From positions 62,001 to 126,000 of IMG/VR virus record IMGVR_UViG_3300004151_000006: DNA of 64,000 nucleotides. One strand, given 5' to 3'. Made by a program: the position numbers and the translations under genes. This document shows positions 60,165-64,000 of this stretch, piece by piece; positions within the stretch are counted from its first letter, which is position 1, and each line of letters starts with the position of its first letter. Below the pieces are notes generated by a model that worked only from the letters and a program-made list of their open reading frames with translations, was not told where the DNA came from and made no database searches.

Positions 60165-60786
60165 CTTTTTTACTCTTAGATTTGGTGGTAGTTTTCTTTT
60201 TAGGTGTTACATCTTTAACTGGAGTATCTTTTACTGTAGGCGTGATTTTCTTAGATTTAGTTGATGGTGTTTTCTTTTTTGGTATAGTTACTTTTTTAGG
60301 AGGATAATCACAAAAAGTATCATCTGAATCAATAGATAAACCACCATCTTCATCATCTAAGAATTCTTTTGGGATCCTTTTAGGTGAACGATATTCAGTT
60401 TCGTCATATTCATGTTGCATTTTACGTAAAGCATATTTTTCACGTTTACTCATTGGTACAATCCGTTCAATGATTAAATGAATAATGGTAATAAAATGTC
60501 TATCCCAGTGGGTGGATGTAAATCCAACAGCAATACATAGAATCATTTTCATATGAGCAGAAATAGCAGTCCATTCATAAACAGCTAACATAGTCATCCA
60601 ACAAAAAACAATACTCACACCACAGTTACTGAAGATCTCTTTAAATTTAGTCTCACTGTTATTTTTATTTCTCCAGTTAGCAGAAAAGTATCCTGTGACA
60701 GTACCGATAAATGTGGGTATAGATAAGATCTTGAATAAATAACTGAAAGTGAGGACTTCATCCATGTTCTGGACTGGCTGTGACAT
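60151..60786 (-). CDS. holin-like membrane protein with long charged C-terminal tail
   Basis: Three short TMs, then acidic and Lys/Thr/Pro-rich tail. Confidence 0.45.
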   Translation of the reverse strand: MSQPVQNMDEVLTFSYLFKILSIPTFIGTVTGYFSANWRNKNNSETKFKEIFSNCGVSIVFCWMTMLAVYEWTAISAHMKMILCIAVGFTSTHWDRHFITIIHLIIERIVPMSKREKYALRKMQHEYDETEYRSPKRIPKEFLDDEDGGLSIDSDDTFCDYPPKKVTIPKKKTPSTKSKKITPTVKDTPVKDVTPKKKTTTKSKSKKDVSH

Positions 60787-60801
60787 GTGTTTTCACCTAT
60801 C

Positions 60802-61473
60802 CTATTTCGGGACTAAAAATAAAAAATAGGACCAGGTACCAACTAAAAACACTAATGAATATGAAACTACATTGATAACATTTTTAATGATCAACCAAGA
60901 TACTATTTCCACTAATGCCATAAACATAGATAACAAACTGACAGCCAACAAATATTGATCTGGATCCCATGTGTGAAAATGATTACCATATGTATACATG
61001 CCATGACTAAATACCATACCAACAAAGATACTAGCTAATACGAGGTACCATTTGAAAGTGGCATTTACTCCAGATTTACCCCGATTATCCAACTGACATT
61101 TACAAGATGTAGACATATAGACTTGAGCTGCCCACAATATCAATGTAGTACACATGGGTGAAATAAAGAAATTGATATATGCTTCCATTGGTTTTTTAAT
61201 AGCAAATTCTGGATCTAATGATAATGAAATCCGCACAATAGATACACCAATTTGTATGATCGGTATAAGTGCACATACTAGTATCATTAATTTGACTATA
61301 GGTGCAGTATGTCTAGTTGGGTGTAAGCGTAAGAATACAAATTGCAAAAGTAAAAAAATACATCCCAATAATTGGATGACTATCAAATACCTATATAAAA
61401 ATACTGGATCTATCCAATATTGCATATTAGCCGTTGGGCTACAACCACAGACAATACTTTCAACAATAGACAC
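60802..61473 (-). CDS. polytopic membrane protein (~6 TM)
   Basis: AGGAGG RBS; hydrophobic segments; Cys pairs. Confidence 0.7.
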   Translation of the reverse strand: MSIVESIVCGCSPTANMQYWIDPVFLYRYLIVIQLLGCIFLLLQFVFLRLHPTRHTAPIVKLMILVCALIPIIQIGVSIVRISLSLDPEFAIKKPMEAYINFFISPMCTTLILWAAQVYMSTSCKCQLDNRGKSGVNATFKWYLVLASIFVGMVFSHGMYTYGNHFHTWDPDQYLLAVSLLSMFMALVEIVSWLIIKNVINVVSYSLVFLVGTWSYFLFLVPK

Positions 61474-61515
61474 ATATCACCTCCTGGGTGTGATGAATCA
61501 AAAGACTGTTTAGAT

Positions 61516-61884
61516 TTAAAAAGTAATAGTACTGATGTTTTCAGAAGAAGCGATCTCCATGGCAGTGACACCAGTGCCAAGGATGAATCCAGGAGGAAGA
61601 TCATCTTCACTGATATTACGTGTAGCACAGCAGGGTTTACAACACAGGATCTCAATACCGCTATCCAAGATGACTTTCATGTGATCAGCCATCTGATCAC
61701 CAGTGACAGCTTTCACATTCGCTGTCACCTGGGGGTTGGTAAAATAGACTGCATCATCCACCAACATGATACCTTTAAGGGTACCGCTGTCTTTGGCCAG
61801 CTTTGCAAACTGAAAACAGCGAGTAGCCTTTGTGGGATTTTCAGGACCACAGGTCAAAATGAAAAAGAGTGATTGACGGGTCAT
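61516..61884 (-). CDS. DsrE/TusD-like sulfur-carrier protein
   Basis: AGGAG RBS; LTCGPEN...LVDDAVY...ILCCKPCCATRNI...TITF. Confidence 0.8.
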   Translation of the reverse strand: MTRQSLFFILTCGPENPTKATRCFQFAKLAKDSGTLKGIMLVDDAVYFTNPQVTANVKAVTGDQMADHMKVILDSGIEILCCKPCCATRNISEDDLPPGFILGTGVTAMEIASSENISTITF

Positions 61885-61903
61885 GTGTATAACTCCTATC
61901 GGA

Positions 61904-62275
61904 TCACAGATCCGTAGTCGATTGAAAAAGATCAGAATGATTTTCAACAGTTTTATTGTCCGGATGATCCACTTTATAACTCACTAAATACATACTGATA
62001 ATGTATACCCACAATGCACCATGCTTACAGAAGAAAGGTATCCACCATCCAGCATTGAGATTACCCTCTATCATCACAATAGATTGATAACATTGCATGA
62101 TAGAGAGAAACATTACACTGACCACCATAAAGTGCATATACTTATTATTCTCTTTATTTTGAGTCTTAAATTTAGTAGAGATCCAAATAGATATTCCGAC
62201 ACAAAAAACTGATGATGCTAAGAGATAAAAATATCCAATCTTAATCAGATTGACTTCCATTGATGTGAATTGCAT
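61904..62275 (-). CDS. membrane protein (3 TM)
   Basis: GGAGG RBS before ATG 62275. Confidence 0.65.
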   Translation of the reverse strand: MQFTSMEVNLIKIGYFYLLASSVFCVGISIWISTKFKTQNKENNKYMHFMVVSVMFLSIMQCYQSIVMIEGNLNAGWWIPFFCKHGALWVYIISMYLVSYKVDHPDNKTVENHSDLFQSTTDL

Positions 62276-62371
62276 TACACCTCCCATGTGAAACACATTC
62301 TTGCCCCAACTCATAAGATATTTTTTAAAGACCTATCGTATGAGTAAATATTTTAAGGAGGGATATATCCC

Positions 62372-63118
62372 ATGACTACAAATTTTCAAGCTGCTAAAGC
62401 AGAATTGGGTGATATTGAGGGATTCTATTCTAATGATTCAAAAGATAGGGGTGGTGAAACTCTTTATGGTTGGGCAAGAAATTATCATCCTGAGATTGAA
62501 TTTTGGTCTAAACTTGACCAATATAAAAAACAGTATGGTGGTTGGAATGATAAGTGTGCTGCTGCAGTAAAGGCTGATCCATATTTTAAAGAAGTATCTG
62601 ATAGAGAATATAAGAAGCAATATTGGGATTTCTTTGATGGTGATAATATACCCTATTCATTATCCCTTGAAATTTTTGAGGTTTGTGTCAATCTTGGCGT
62701 TGGTGGAGGAGTGAGATTGCTTCAAGCCGTGCTCAATGGTCACAATTATGAAAATAAATTTGGTATTGATTTGAAGATGCCTTATGATGGGGTGTTTGGT
62801 GATAATACACGAAAAATGTTCAAAGCTATGTTAGCTGCTGGGTATGCTGAATCTATTCAATATGGGATAAATGCTGAGCAGGGACATTATTATCGGACAA
62901 GGACTGAAGAAAATATAGATAAACGAAAGTATTATCGGGGTTGGTTACGTACTCGGTGTAAAGCATCTTTTAAACAAAATCCTGGAGACATTGTTGTAAC
63001 AAATACTGCACCTGTGATAGTTGAATCTAATTCAACCAATCTATTTACAGAAGATGATATTAATAATATTAAGATGTTGACTGAAACGTTACAATCAATC
63101 TTAAAGAAAGTGATGTAA
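62372..63118 (+). CDS. GH108 lysozyme (endolysin) with peptidoglycan-binding domain
   Basis: EGFYSNDSKDRGGETLYG, YKKQYW, LLQAVLN..DGVFG..T, YYRGWL. Confidence 0.88.
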   Translation: MTTNFQAAKAELGDIEGFYSNDSKDRGGETLYGWARNYHPEIEFWSKLDQYKKQYGGWNDKCAAAVKADPYFKEVSDREYKKQYWDFFDGDNIPYSLSLEIFEVCVNLGVGGGVRLLQAVLNGHNYENKFGIDLKMPYDGVFGDNTRKMFKAMLAAGYAESIQYGINAEQGHYYRTRTEENIDKRKYYRGWLRTRCKASFKQNPGDIVVTNTAPVIVESNSTNLFTEDDINNIKMLTETLQSILKKVM

Positions 63119-63190
63119 ATTTTATTATAGTAGTGAAATTATAGTTGTTATCTTGATAAAGTTAGCTATTAAATTGTAAATGACAATATC

Positions 63191-63223
63191 ATAGCTCTGG
63201 GTGCACAGTGCACCCAGAGCTAT
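63191..63223. repeat. 16-bp stem/1-nt loop followed by early promoter (63241-63251)
   Basis: ATAGCTCTGGGTGCAC-A-GTGCACCCAGAGCTAT. Confidence 0.92.
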
Positions 63224-63270
63224 ATTCATCAATATTTTAAACATATATTACACAATAAGGAGGATAATAA

Positions 63271-63810
63271 ATGATCAAATATAAACACGGTGACATAGTT
63301 GAAGCACTGATTAAAACTACAGATATAGATGTATGTTTTCACCAAGCAAATTGTTTCTGCAATCTTGGAGCGGGCATAGCTAAACAATTAGCAGCTGTAT
63401 TTCCAGCATTGGTGGATGTAGATGATACTACTTCTGTAGGTGATAAAAATAAATTAGGTACATTTACGTATGCTGAATTTTATCAATCACATCAATTTAG
63501 AATCTACAATTTATATGGTCAATGGGCATTTAGATATGGTCTTATCTATAAATGGATAGATGGAGTAAAACATCAATTTACAATACCTGAAGAATATGAT
63601 GAAAATGGTCTTAAGCCCATGACTTCACTCCCGCATCTAAGACAGGCTATCGAAGGTATGATCAATCATGTCTGTGGTGTCAAACATGACTTAAGATTTG
63701 CTACAGTGAAGATTGGTGCTGGTCGTGGTGGTGCTGATTGGAATAGTCAAGTATATCCCATGCTAGAGGAATTGTTTGATGGTTTGGATTTGACAGTATA
63801 TAGATTTTAA
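63271..63810 (+). CDS. macrodomain ADP-ribose hydrolase (Poa1p/TARG1-like)
   Basis: GDI, HQANCFCNLGAGIAKQL, NLYGQ, KIGAGRGGADW. Confidence 0.88.
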   Translation: MIKYKHGDIVEALIKTTDIDVCFHQANCFCNLGAGIAKQLAAVFPALVDVDDTTSVGDKNKLGTFTYAEFYQSHQFRIYNLYGQWAFRYGLIYKWIDGVKHQFTIPEEYDENGLKPMTSLPHLRQAIEGMINHVCGVKHDLRFATVKIGAGRGGADWNSQVYPMLEELFDGLDLTVYRF

Positions 63811-64000
63811 ATCAAGTATAAAGGAGAGCCTACTTATGAAGATTTTCATTGAGATTTTAAAATGAAGAAAGATTATTTTTATTATAAACAGTTAGGATAT
63901 TGCACACAAGAACATTATTTCATGCGAGAATTGTTAATTATCAAAAATAAAGAATTTGAAAAATCACTGATATTTAATTTAATTGTATTGGGTTTAATAA

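Noticed and set aside
3622-63223. Palindromes as CRISPR repeats, REP elements or IS ends
   Set aside because: Arm sequences differ, there is no spacer array and no transposase or cas gene
1-64000. Alternative genetic code, or introns/inteins in core genes
   Set aside because: Genes tile densely under the standard code; terminase, protease and helicase appear uninterrupted

Overview
AT-rich (roughly one-third GC by eye) segment of a phiKZ-like jumbo phage genome. Core evidence: a phiKZ-type terminase large subunit, a gp175-type prohead protease, several phiKZ-like virion proteins and a TATATATTA early-promoter motif, interspersed with long runs of accessory genes. The MCP architecture, a DsrE-family gene and a few high-GC genes suggest a GC-rich, Desulfovibrio-like host (inference). 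Highlights: (1) a PurZ-type (2-aminoadenine pathway) synthetase with no recognisable datZ/mazZ nearby; (2) a full-length phage chemoreceptor with an altered signalling tip; (3) a membrane operon (DsrE, holin-like, TM-PAS) divergent from a GH108 endolysin; (4) a ClpP plus catalytically dead ClpP paralogue downstream of the head protease; (5) about 25 GC-rich perfect palindromes with little or no loop at gene boundaries, often followed by the early promoter; (6) several structured non-coding regions. Also present are two tRNAs behind an HNH gene and expanded paralogue families. All family calls come from motif recognition, not database searches.
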